Part shown: positions 11,601-23,132 of the stretch, piece after piece
Layout of the letters: the number at the start of each line of letters is the position of its first letter
How positions within the stretch are numbered: the first letter of the stretch is position 1
Assembly: GCF_018350175.1 (NCBI RefSeq)
Contig: NC_058368.1
Coordinates: forward strand, 155,498,001 to 155,562,000
DNA: 64,000 nucleotides
Source: Felis catus
Taxonomy: Eukaryota
Reading direction: 5' to 3'
The notes under the pieces: generated by a model
Database searches by the model: none
What the model saw: the letters and a program-made list of their open reading frames with translations, nothing else
What the model was told of the DNA's origin: nothing
Program-made: the position numbers and the translations under genes

Positions 11601-13839
11601 GGGTAGCTGTATTTTGGAACCTCCCTGTGGTCATCCAGCCATCTCCTAGCTAAATTATTTGAAGACCGGTCTGGCTACTAAGGTGTCTTGTAAGGAAATT
11701 TAGAATTAACTCCCGACTCTTCAAGGGGTCTAGTTCCTTGGGTGAGTTGGACAGGATGAAGACAGGCATCAGATGCCTCGGGCACCTTCCTAAATAATCC
11801 CGGGGGCCCAAAATCGTTCCCTCCTACCTCCCCGCATTCAAATGATTGTCCTGCAGATTTTAACCGATATTGTCATGTTGAAGTTTGGTACTTACTGTTT
11901 ACATTTCTCCCTTCCCCACGGGGTCTTGGCAAGTGTTTAAGAGATTATTGATTTCCAAGAAACCAAATAAAGAAGGCTGTTCTTTTATAACATATGAAAT
12001 ACACACTTTTCTTTAACTAAATAGGCAGTGTATATTTGACATTGACAAATGGACAAGAAACAAGAAAACTTATTTTGAAAGATTTTGAAAGGGGTAAAAT
12101 GGACAGGACAGCAGCAGTCCTACAGAAGAGGAGGATTGGAATTAAGGGGAAAGCTTGGATAAAAGTGGGGGGATGGCTGTCTGTGCTGTAAAACAGTTTC
12201 AAGTTTCCCCGAACACACACAGGTGGTAAGCAAACATCGTTGGGGAAGCTCCTTTTAGGGGGACCTAATCAGTAGCAGTTTTTATTTATTTATTTTTAAA
12301 ATGGACTTCCTGCACTTCTTTTCTCCACATTTTTCTCTGGAAATGTGGTACTGAAACAATTACCCAGGTTTGGGAGTTTCTGATTAACCTAGAATAACCC
12401 TGAAAAGCCATTCTGAAGCTGTGTCAAGAATACATTATTTTTTAAAAAAAGTGATAAATACCTGATAAACAGAGATCTTAGTTTCCCATCCCCCAAGTCA
12501 TAAGGGAAATACCCAGTGAAGGAAGGAGATTCCCAAAAAGCCAGATTGAGGGAACAAATGTAGGCACCCAGGAGTTCAGTATTATATATTTCACCCCAAA
12601 TCTCCACAAGTCCCTTGTACTAACAAAGGAAAGCCCCATGTCCTTCCCTGCATCTTGTTCTCCGTTCTTGCTCCTGAAACTTAGGAAGCTGAGAATGAAA
12701 TATTTCATTCATTCAAAGATGGAAGCTCAGTTTATGGGATGAGCTCCCCAAAAACATACAGGCAAAGGCATGCAAATATTATGGAGATATTTCATTTGCA
12801 GGTTCAGATCTAGAATTTGCGAGTCTCAGGGTCACTGTTATTCAACAGGTCCCCTTTGCTACCCTGCACACTTCAGCTGACAAACTTCACCAACCAAAAT
12901 CCTCCCCAGTTTTCGTAGGAGGGTCATTTAAATAGCTCTCGGCATGGCCGAGTTTCTCTGAGACAAGTAGCGCAGACTTGTCTTAGTATTTAGGCAAAAC
13001 GACTCTTGAGATTGCAAGAATAACCAAACTTTGAGGGGAAATTATCTTTGGGGAGAACTCAGCAGTGATTTTGCACACTAAAAAGTGGGGGGGAAAAGCA
13101 GCGCCCTTTGAGAAAACAGTCTGAATTGTTAACCTGTGAAGCGTTTAATAAAATATTTATATGTTTTAAGGGATATAAAAATAGAGTGTTCTGAAGCTAA
13201 ATTGCTACTAAACTGAGGAGTTCAAGGAAGTTTTTCAATGTAATAGCATGCCAAAAGAGCATAATTGTCTCCTGAAATGTATTGGAATCGTGCTACTCTA
13301 CAAAAGCAATTTTGAAAGCGGTTTATTGAGGTTAGTTTTATAGGGGGGGAAACCCACTTAAAATATAAGGGTCCTCTCCTCTTTTCTTTGTTGGCCTTTT
13401 CTGGTAAAGTATGGATTAACTTGGTTTGAAACCAACTTGGTTTGTACAATCAATATTTAATAGAAGTTTGCTTTTGGTTGTCTCACCTGCTCTAAATGTA
13501 TTATTTTCATCCTCAAAGTCGGTTCAAGAGAGTAGGTGACTAAAATGGGGTTCCAGGGGAAGGGAAGAGATTTTACTCAAAGCCCAACAAGTGAGGCGAG
13601 TTTCAATAAAACAAGGTGCAATTTGAAATCTTCAAAAACTAGTTTTTTCTTAGGAGTGGTGACTTAAGTGTTGCTAGGGAGACCATGAAATGAAAAGACA
13701 CCACACGGAAGTGCTCGTCAGTTCTTGTACTTTGCTTAACGCGACAGGAAAAAAAAGCCAGACAAGAAGACATGCAGAAATTTGGAACTTGGAGTTGAGG
13801 TCTGCAAGTAGGAGAAGAGGTAGTGATGGGTACTGAGGC

Positions 13840-14600
13840 AGGCGCGCCCCCTTTTTAGTGCTGTCAAGTAAGTTGCTGTCAGGCTCTTTAGCGCGCCGCG
13901 GGCCGGGCGCCCCGCGGCACAGCCACCTCCCCCGGGGCGGTAATTAACCAGTACCTGGGCGCACGCGACGATCCGACAGCATCAGCCACAGGCAGAGCCG
14001 TGCGGACAACGGCCGGTGGGTCTGGGTGTACATTTTCCCGATCTCTCGTGTCTGAGATCACCAGCCTAGGGAGAATGTGCTCATACTACAGAGCTCTTGA
14101 ACTGGAGCCGCTTTGGATCTGGCCCGCTTAGGGGTGGTGGTGAAAAGTTAGGCAGAGAATAGTTGTGGGGGTAAGGCTTCTACCACCAAAATGACTGAGA
14201 GTGGCGCTGCTTTCATCGTAAAGTAGATGCAAATTCGGGGAGCAGGCAAAATGGTGTATCAACTCTGGGGCACTCTAACTGATTAACACCGGGCATGGAG
14301 CAAGCAAGATTCTCCACCCACAAACTGTATACTTTTCAAACTCATTGTCGCTTTGGGCTCAGATCCTAAGATTTCAAGAGCCAGTTTCCTATGGTGAGGG
14401 AGTGGTCGGAGAGAAGCATCAGGCGAGGGCCGGAACTTCGGGGTTCTGGCGGAGGGGAAAGGGAAGGGGGCGCGCTGGGCGCTGTCCATGGTGCTGGGAA
14501 GAAAGCGGCTTCACTTCGCTGTACCCAAACCAAGATCAGGTGTAAAAGGGGGACGATAAACCAACTCTTGCGGCAGGGGATTTTTTAATTCCGGCGAATG
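13840..14600. promoter_or_regulatory. bipartite CpG-rich element (13840-14030 and 14390-14600)
   Basis: CpG clusters such as gcgcgccgcgggccgggcgccccgcgg, a TAATTA at 13941, and the RE1 site below. Confidence 0.6.
14478..14498 (-). promoter_or_regulatory. REST/NRSF binding site (RE1/NRSE)
   Basis: Minus strand reads CCCAGCACCATGGACAGCGCC, 19/21 identical to the canonical TTCAGCACCATGGACAGCGCC, with both half-sites and the 2-nt spacer intact. Confidence 0.85.
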
Positions 14601-17264
14601 TGAAAAATACGCATGTGGCTGCAGTTTAAACAGTACTCTAGGAGTGCTCTGCTCTATCTCCCAGTCTTTAGTGTTTAGTCAGACAACAGCGTTAACTGGT
14701 CATTATAGGAAGGTTTTCTCCTTAAAATGTTCCATATTTCAAAGTAATGTAATCATCAGTTTTTGATGTACAATGTAAAGAGGAAGGCGGAAAGACAAAG
14801 GGTGATTTGAAACTTTAAACGTATCCAAAGACACCTAGCTATTTCCAGATTTGGTAGTATATAAAAGCAGAGCATGACTTAGCCTGTTAGATAACATGGA
14901 TTTATCGAGAAAGTATTAAAACTGTATTGATCTAATTTCATTTAAATATCCTCTGAACTCTACGCTGGCCCAACGCTGCAGTTATATTTTTGCCAACAAG
15001 AATAACAAGAGCGATTTACCTATTGTAGTGTGTATGTGTGTACATTTGAAATGGCTAAGATTTCATTCTGAGTTCTAAAATGGTACTCTAACAACCGCAT
15101 GCTCTTAAAACAAATTTGGTTTCTTAAAAGACAGGTGGCCAGAAAGAAAATAGGATGCAGATAGAAATTATTTCAAAATGGGGATGAAGAACTAAATGGA
15201 AACATGACTACCTAGTAGGTGACTCACACTTTTGTAAATACACAGTCACACACATTCACATATACACCTTTAAATATATATACTGTTACACACGTGTATA
15301 AAATACATGTCTTCAAACACAGAAATGTGTATATCTATCTATATATACATATTTGAAATTGGGTAACAAAATTTCAGATAAACTATTAACCATGTCTGGT
15401 CAACCCAGAAATGTGAAACACAGGAAAAGAATTTATCTTAATTGTGTTAACCATGAAAATCTTACTTTGCCTCAACTGCTTGAATCCATGTGATAATGAA
15501 GGAAAAGGACAAAAATTCAAACAGCTGACACAATGATCAGCAGCAACTGACAGCATCTCATTTGATATTTGATATCAAGCACTAGATCAATATTTGTGAG
15601 ATCAATGCAATTTTAATGGTTTTCTTTCGAAACTGTATGAAAGCCAAATTGTGACTCTGTGCTAGCGTTATTTTTAGAGCTGGTTATTCCAGGGGATGAT
15701 ATTAAGTAATTTACTGACGCAAAGGAACAGGGGGAAAAAAAAGCAACTAACCCCCCCCCCAAAAAAAAACCCAAAAAGAAAAAAAACAAAACCAAAACCA
15801 CCACAACAAACCATCAATATTTCTTCAGTTGGTAAATCCTGATTATCTAAGTACCTAGAGAAGGTGTGAACATTTATTGGAAAAAAGCCATTTATTTAAT
15901 TATGGTTTAAAAAAAAAAAACAAAGAAGAAAGTAAGCCAGATGAACTAGAACAGAAATACTTTTTTCAAACACAATAAGATTAGGTGGTAGTTGAGCAAA
16001 AAGAAATGAAAATGATAAAAAGAAAACACCTAGGATTTTCACCTAAAGAGTTCATCCCTTCATCTGTGGAATTCAGTGTGAAATTAGAGATTTTTCTGTG
16101 TCCCAGGCAGAGTAGAAAACTGAGAGCCCTATCTGAAACTCATACACAGCAAGGTTCCTACAAAAGTCAAATAGAGGGGAAAAAAAGGTAATTAGGTATA
16201 TAGTATAGTCTTTTATTTTCCTTTGAAGAGTTTATACCTTAAAAAATGAAATGCAAATTAATCTAACTCAGAGGCATGTAGGTCCTCAACCTATCTTTAA
16301 ACAGTAATCTAGGAGGGTTCTATGCTTTATTTTTCAGACTTTCCTGCTTAGCAGTAACTCATTTGCCTACCAGCTCCTTTTGTTTGATAAAAATGCTAAA
16401 CTTTATTTATTTGTTTTTACAGATTCAATTTTGAGGAATGTTCACCTAGAGGACTCCAAGATCTTCAGCCCCAACAGCAGTTTCTGGGGAGGTAGATGCT
16501 GGGGGTGGTGCAGAGGCAGCAGAAGTAGGTGAACATTTCAGTAAGGCAGGGAGAAGGTGAGATGTGGTGATTGTGGATAGTGTTCCTGATAAGATGTTTA
16601 AGTTTTCAGGCTAAAGGAGAAACAAAATGTCTTTCATTTGTAACTCTGATTAAAAACTTGGAAGAAGTTATTTTCTCAGTTGAAATGATAGGAACATTTT
16701 AGGAAATTTCTGATGCCTGACCTAAAGATCTCATCCTTGTCCAAAATAAATAATAAAATACTTCAAAACGATGCAATTCTGAATTTTTCCCCTCTTTTTT
16801 CCTTAATGTTTTTGATGGCAGTGAATTGCCTAATAATAAAACTGTTAATATATTATTACAAACAGATCACTTCCTATAAAAGGCAATGCCTTATATGCTT
16901 TTAAGTGAAATTCATACCTAAGTCCTTTTGCAGTAGAATTAGAGTACCTAGTATATTTCTAAAGTGCCTAGGTAAAGACATATTTTCCAGGATTTTAATA
17001 ACTCCATAACAAAGTCATTCTCTCCATGTGTCTCTATGCTCTATTGTATTTCATGTCTGGCAGATTGCCTATAAAATAGACACCAACAGTTTAAATCAAT
17101 TTTTCTTTAATGGAATAAAGCCAACCTTACACACAAATACACATTACATACAGACAGAATTTACAGATGCAAATGAAGTTGGGGCATTTAAAAATATTTA
17201 TTACAATGCCTTAAAGCATTTGAACATGAAAATTTATTTAGAAGAAAATATGTTTACAAACAAT

Positions 17265-17310
17265 CCCAACATATATTGAGTACCTACTATGTAACAGGCA
17301 CTGCAAAGAC
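17265..17310 (-). mobile_element. tiny ancient L2/MIR 3' remnant
   Basis: aacatatattgagtacctactatgtaacaggcact resembles the reverse complement of the L2/MIR 3' terminus. Confidence 0.5.
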
Positions 17311-19731
17311 AAACACATACTGTATGTATTGTTTATTTCTGGTGGGAAGGGTATATATACCCCATGGATGGGTATGGATGTTCACATGTGTGTATGTGCA
17401 CACACACACATATATGCATACATACATATTTTTCTATTAGGTCTTTTATTTAAAAAAAAAAAAAAAACAAAAAACCCTGAGTTACCTCAAAGAAGGAAAT
17501 CCACTTTACAGTCAATTGTAGTTAATTCAGACTTCATTTTGACCAATCATAATTTGACCAATAATTTTTTTCCTCATAGCATGGACAGTACTTAGACTTT
17601 AAAAGTTTAGTGTTCCAAAAATGCTGCTCTTCTTAAGCCACTTTGAAGTAATGCTAGTGAGTCTAAGATCCAGATCGACATGTTAATCTCTAGTTTTGCC
17701 TTCAAACAGAATTCAGTTACAAAGAACTTGGAAAGATTTTGAATCTATTCAGAAGAGGAAAACTCTTTAATTTTCTGAGGAGTAAAAACTCCCCAAGAAA
17801 CTTCATATAGCTTCTTAGATTTTGCTTAGCATACGTGATAAAACATTGATTGTTGCAGTTTGGTGACCCATGAAATTTGGGGGTTAGTTTTCTCTTCAGA
17901 CCAGAGCATATAATTATGCAAATAAAGAGCTGTCACTGATCTAGTGAAATACTCACAAACACATGCACTCTGAAATTGGACAGAAAAGTGAAAATGGTTG
18001 GTGATGTGATGGTGCCATGGTTTGTTTTCCTGCCAAGTTTCTATCCAAGTTCATTATTCAAATTGTAAACTTTAAAAAGAGACATATCATTCTTGGGGTG
18101 TTGGTTGTCTTTTCATTTCAGATTCTTTGTATTGGTACTGCAAGCTGGTTACAAAGTACAGTTCAACATTATTTTACCTATGACAGTCTCCCATATTACC
18201 CTATGTAATAGCCAAGGAAGAAAAGCTGAATGCTCTAGAAAGAAAGATGAAGGGCCTCTCTAGATTTTTCTAGAAACATGTTTCATGTATATTTCAAACA
18301 GAACTCAACCCAACAATACAAAGAATATAGTGAAACGTTTTCCACAAATCTCAAGGCAAAGGGCTGGGAAAAGTTGCCTGGAAGGCCTCATGGGTTAAGT
18401 CAAATTTCCATTTTCCAGTTTTTCCATTAAAGGGGAAAATACTGGGCACTGCACGATATCCACTTAATGGTCAAACTTTCAGGATGATTTTCTCCTATCT
18501 GGCAATTAAAGCCCACTATATAATATTTGGTCACTTTAACCTTTATGGTCCATTTACAATTACCACTCCCTAAAACCTTTGTGCTAAGCATTAACAAGAG
18601 TTCTTAAATATGACCATGCTCTCTGGCATCGAGGTCTCCCAATTCCAAAGTTACCACTGCACAGGCTGTTGCATAATTTTAGATGTCATGGAGAGTCCCA
18701 CTGATGAAATCTGAGAAGGCTCATGTCAGACCACTGACTGCTAAAGACATCACTACATGAAAGATCAGTGGTGTGAAACTTTAAAAACATTGATCCAAAT
18801 GAATCAATTAAATCAACATTCATCCCTCCTAAGTGTGAGGTTTAAAACTATCATTGTTGCTTTTTTTTTTTTTAACTCTACATAGATTTCAAGATAAACG
18901 TTGGAATGCTTTGATGGCTACTTCTATTCTCGAATCTCCGTTAATCGACTTTGTGCTATTTCCCTCTTTTCAACATCTTCCACTTGGTGTACATTCTTTA
19001 CTTTTAGTACAGTGCATGACAGTTGCAATGCTTTAAATCTAAAACCGCCTAACAAAGCTGACGCTTTAGGTAGGGTAGCTTTAAACTCTGTGAAGTGTTG
19101 ATTAAAAACCCTTTCCCAGACTCAAACTGATCTTTTTGGAGATTAATAGAATATTAGATAAAAGGAAGACGAACAATTCAAGAGACTCCCACTCAGTCAC
19201 TCTATACAAGGAAGGAAGGAAGGAAAGTATTCAATTTTTGAAAGGGAGTACCTCCTGGAGTCTTTTATTTTATATTATTACAGCCCCTAATAAGTAATCA
19301 TAAAATAACCACCATTATTAACGTTTTTTTTGCCACCCATATTTCAAAGATGAGAATGTCTCACATTTATTTAAAGACATTTTTTCCCTATAATGGCATG
19401 GGGAAAGTTTTTGAGAAATTTTTAGACTTTCTGTAATAGTAATCTTTCTTAAGTGAACCAGGATTATAGAAACCTGTCAGTTTACAGTTATAAAACTATG
19501 ATTGTAACCGGAGACACATGTGTTTGGATTGGGACTCCAGGTAATCCAGAGAAATGTGTAGAAATTTTTTAACTTATTAGCCCTGATAATACACTTAACA
19601 TATTTTGTCACTCACACTCTCTCAAAGGAGTTACAGGTTTTAAAGAAGGGAAGGATGTAAAATATGTGTAAACAGGATATTTTCAGATTAGACATAATAC
19701 ACCAAGGACTTATATAGGGACTTGGGAGCAA

Positions 19732-19737
19732 TTTAAT
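19732..19737 (-). terminator. candidate distal poly(A) signal ATTAAA
   Basis: Minus-strand ATTAAA with UGUA about 30 nt upstream and a GU-rich element (ttggtgtattatgtct) about 25 nt downstream. Confidence 0.45.
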
Positions 19738-20024
19738 GTCACTAGACTGTTTTTGGAAAACATTTGTTTACAGTATATTAAAGTATATTTTATAAAATGA
19801 TAGCTTAACAATGGCTTCAGATTTCCTTGTAGCTCAGGAGATATTTTAGATATTAAAAACAAACATCTTAAAAACTGTTAGCTTTGTGAAAGGTCCAAGC
19901 CAAATAGTGAGTGATCAAGTTAAGTTAGGATATTACCTTACAGCAACAGTAATAGTAATAAAAGCAGCGATGCAGTTTAAAATATTGATGAATGCTGTCC
20001 CACCATTCTTTTTATGTTTCTGCT

Positions 20025-20102
20025 TTTATTAACCTCTATACATGAATAGATGAACTTCTGAGCAAGAATACGCTGAGGCTTGTTGGGAAAATTGTTTTTA
20101 TT
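20025..20102 (-). terminator. candidate proximal poly(A) signals (two AATAAA)
   Basis: tttatt on the plus strand at 20025-20030 and 20097-20102, downstream (in mRNA sense) of U-rich 3'UTR sequence. Confidence 0.45.
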
Positions 20103-22680
20103 TTAAAATGGTAAACAGAAATATATAATATATATGAAACTCCTGTGCTTTCTTTTTTTTTTTTTTTTTTTGTATAAACAATAATGCAATCCAGGTCAAA
20201 GCACAAGGCAGAAACTTGAGAAAAGAACAATTATTATTACAAATAGATTCCCCCACCCCCTTCAAATATCCATGAAAACTTTTACCGGCTACGTGGTCAG
20301 ATACCTTTATAAAGTTCTAAAGCCAGTATCTGGCTTCGAAGTTTTAATAGGACTATTTTGAATCTCAGATTTATCAACAACTCCTTGCTTCCCATTCCAT
20401 TTGCTCTAAGAACCGAGTATATAATTTTTAAAAAAGCCTACATCCTAACTTTCAACCTCTACTCTGCTAAAAACCTGTCTAAAGAAACCAAAATGGGAAG
20501 ATCAGAGCAGAAATACTGTTAACACTTGTCGCCTCCAAGCAGGCGTGTTACTACCAACTGACTGTTGTTACTCCAGGAAAATTGAGGTGGATTATATTAC
20601 TACATTTATACCAACAGACACATAATCAACAGGTTAAAAAAATCTTCCATTACAAGGAATCTTATCACTCATCAGTCGGAGGTCTCGGCTGGTGTGCCTA
20701 GCTCTCTCCGGGTTGCTACAGCACAGATCCAAAAGGAGAAATTACATTTGCACAACTTAAGTTTGCAAATAGATCTCCACAGACAGTTAAACAAGGCTAA
20801 CAACCCAGTAGTTTTAAAGTATTAAAGGCAATTAAACAGTGATTCACTCTAGTTGCAAGTAAAAGTTTTCAGAAAGAGAAGTGAGAAAACTGAAGAGAAG
20901 GGACAGGAGTGATTGAGTTTATAAGCTGAGCATATTTGCTTTGCTCTAATTCAGGTGCATAAGCTTCATAAATTTAGCAATGTACAAGTGTTGATTTTTA
21001 AAAAAGCAGTAAGACTAGCTCTCCTGTGAATACTTTCATACAGTGAAAACACCACACAGTTTATAACACTTTGAATAATTATTCAATCCACGTCACTTCT
21101 CATATCCTCTCAAAGGAAGGTACCATTATTGTACACAGTTCACCATTACTTCTAAAACAGAAAAGATTGCAGACCAACACGCTGGATGGACACTGTTGAG
21201 GTGATACATTTTAAGCTATCCAGGAGTTGGATAAAATGACGTTTTGATGTTTTCTCCTACAATGTTTCTGCTAAAATAATATCAAAAGATATGCATATAT
21301 GACCACTGAAAGAAGATCATTTTGATTTGCCATCATTAAAAGTATAAGAACGAATTAATGCATACCAAACACAGATATTTTCAGTTTTAAAACTTGCTGA
21401 AATCGGTTCGTAATATAAAAACATTTTATCCATGAGGTGGTTATTTTAAGTTCTTTTTTCTGAGAAGTCAGACAGTTCTAAGTCGTTTTGGGTACATTTT
21501 GTCATGTCCTTAAATAAGGCAGGCATATTGTTGCATACGCTTTAAAAAAGGATGAAAAATATTAAATTCAGACCCTCATCTGCCAGAAACAGAATCTTCC
21601 CCAAGTAACTAAATTCAAGTAATTAAAAATTGATGTTAAGATTTAATATTTGAATGTAAAAGTCAGCAAAATCTTAACTTATTTTACCTCCTATATTTCA
21701 CAGTGTTGGCCAGATATTAGCTGGATTACAGTAACTGTTGAAACTGTAGGGCAAAACCCTGCAGAGGAAGTGGACTACTAAAAATTATGTCGTTGGATTG
21801 AGAGGAAAAAATCTTTCACACTAGGTCTTTCCCCTTCTGTTGGAGCAGAAAACTAAAAAAAAAAAAAAAAAAAAATAATCTTAGCCCCACTCAGCCTCTC
21901 TGAAGGAAAAGGCGAAAGAGGACAAGATTCATTCACCTGATGACGGTAAAATACTATCCCTAAAAGGATCGAACTCCATGAATCAGAATAGATCATTCTA
22001 GTTAGGATTGTCCACAACAGCAAACTTTGTCCACATTAAGATTTAAAAAGCAAAACAAGTGTGCGATCTAAATTACAATGCCACTCAATACACATTTAAA
22101 AAGTAAAGTCAATTCTAATGATAAAGTTAGGAATTCCACTGAAAATGGGACCTTTCACACTTAAAAGATTTGCTCATCATTTATGTTTCGGTTTAAACAA
22201 CGTCTTCTGAAATTAGAGACTTGTGTAAAAATCTCCTACTCAACTGGCAAGGATCTTTCAGCGGTAAAGTGTAATCGGTACTTCACAGATTCTTATGCAA
22301 AGTTTTTCTTCTGGTCTCGAAATGAAAATAGATTGTTAGAGAACAATTTGCACTCCCAAGACTACATAGCACATCACTGCATTCACGTTTTGAATTTAAA
22401 TTTGGCTTTTCTGAGGGGATGAGGTAGGGGAAACTTCCTTTAAAAAAAAAAAAAAAAAAGAGGCTCAAGAGGCCCTTAGGAGAGACCTACTTAAAATGGA
22501 AGTTTGAAATCTAGAATAAAAGTTTGCTTCTGCTCGGCGGAAAAAAAAAAAAAAAAAAAAAGGACATGATCGAGGGGGGCCGGGGGCCAGGGCAAGCCGC
22601 GGCTGCGCTGCAGCGGGCGGTAGGACCGCGCAGACGCCGCTCGCCCCGCAGTGCCGGGCGGGCTCCGTCAGGGCAATTAG

Positions 22681-22772
22681 AAGCGCGCCGGCCGCGCCGG
22701 GCAGGGCGCTGTCAGCCTTAATCTGCGCGCTGACGGGCAGCGCGTAGCCCAAGCTCAGCCCGCAGGAAGCGC
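22681..22772 (-). ncRNA. MIR2277: homologue of the MIR2277 stem-loop in the FAM172A 3'UTR
   Basis: Minus strand gcgcttcctgcgggctgagcttgggctacgcgctgcccgtcagcgcgcagattaaggctgacagcgccctgcccggcgcggccggcgcgctt closely matches my recollection of human mir-2277, which lies in the FAM172A 3'UTR. The core stem GCGCTG..GTCAGC / GCTGAC.AGCGC is visible. Whether it is a genuine miRNA is uncertain. Confidence 0.65.
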
Positions 22773-22989
22773 GACCAGTGAACCCATATTGCTTTGACAG
22801 TTGCACTCATCTAGAAATAATGCAAAACGCTATTTAGATGTATATATCACGACCCTGTGCTCTAGGAAGAAAACAATCTAATGAGGGGCTGGGAGTCTGC
22901 TCGCCGACAACAAGCAGTTAGGAGACGTGTGGATGCATGCTCGAGTGTGGTGCCTTTGCTTCCCCTCCCCCGTCTCGCTCGTTCTCCTC

Positions 22990-23132
22990 TTACAGCTCTT
23001 CGTGCTTTATTCTGTGGGAGCGCCGCGTCAGAGCCGGCTTGAGGGAACTGGTCTTTGCCTCAGAGGCTTCGGTAAAGAATTTGAAAATAGACGGGAAGCT
23101 CTTCCAGGAAGTTAGCTCGTGACGGTCGGTGC
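22990..23132 (-). CDS. FAM172A: FAM172A/ARB2A last coding exon (phase 1): (G)[46 protein letters not shown]
   Basis: Peptide recognised as the FAM172A C-terminus. Canonical acceptor tgtgttttttgcag|GC at 23133/23132 and TAA at 22992-22990; 143 nt = 2 nt + 47 codons. The upstream exons lie beyond the right end of the window. Confidence 0.95.

Larger units (their letters stand above)
19714..22989 (-). other. FAM172A: FAM172A 3'UTR (distal end approximate)
   Basis: Follows the TAA at 22992-22990; repeat-free, with long U-tracts on the minus strand and candidate poly(A) signals at 20102-20097, 20030-20025 and 19737-19732. Confidence 0.65.
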
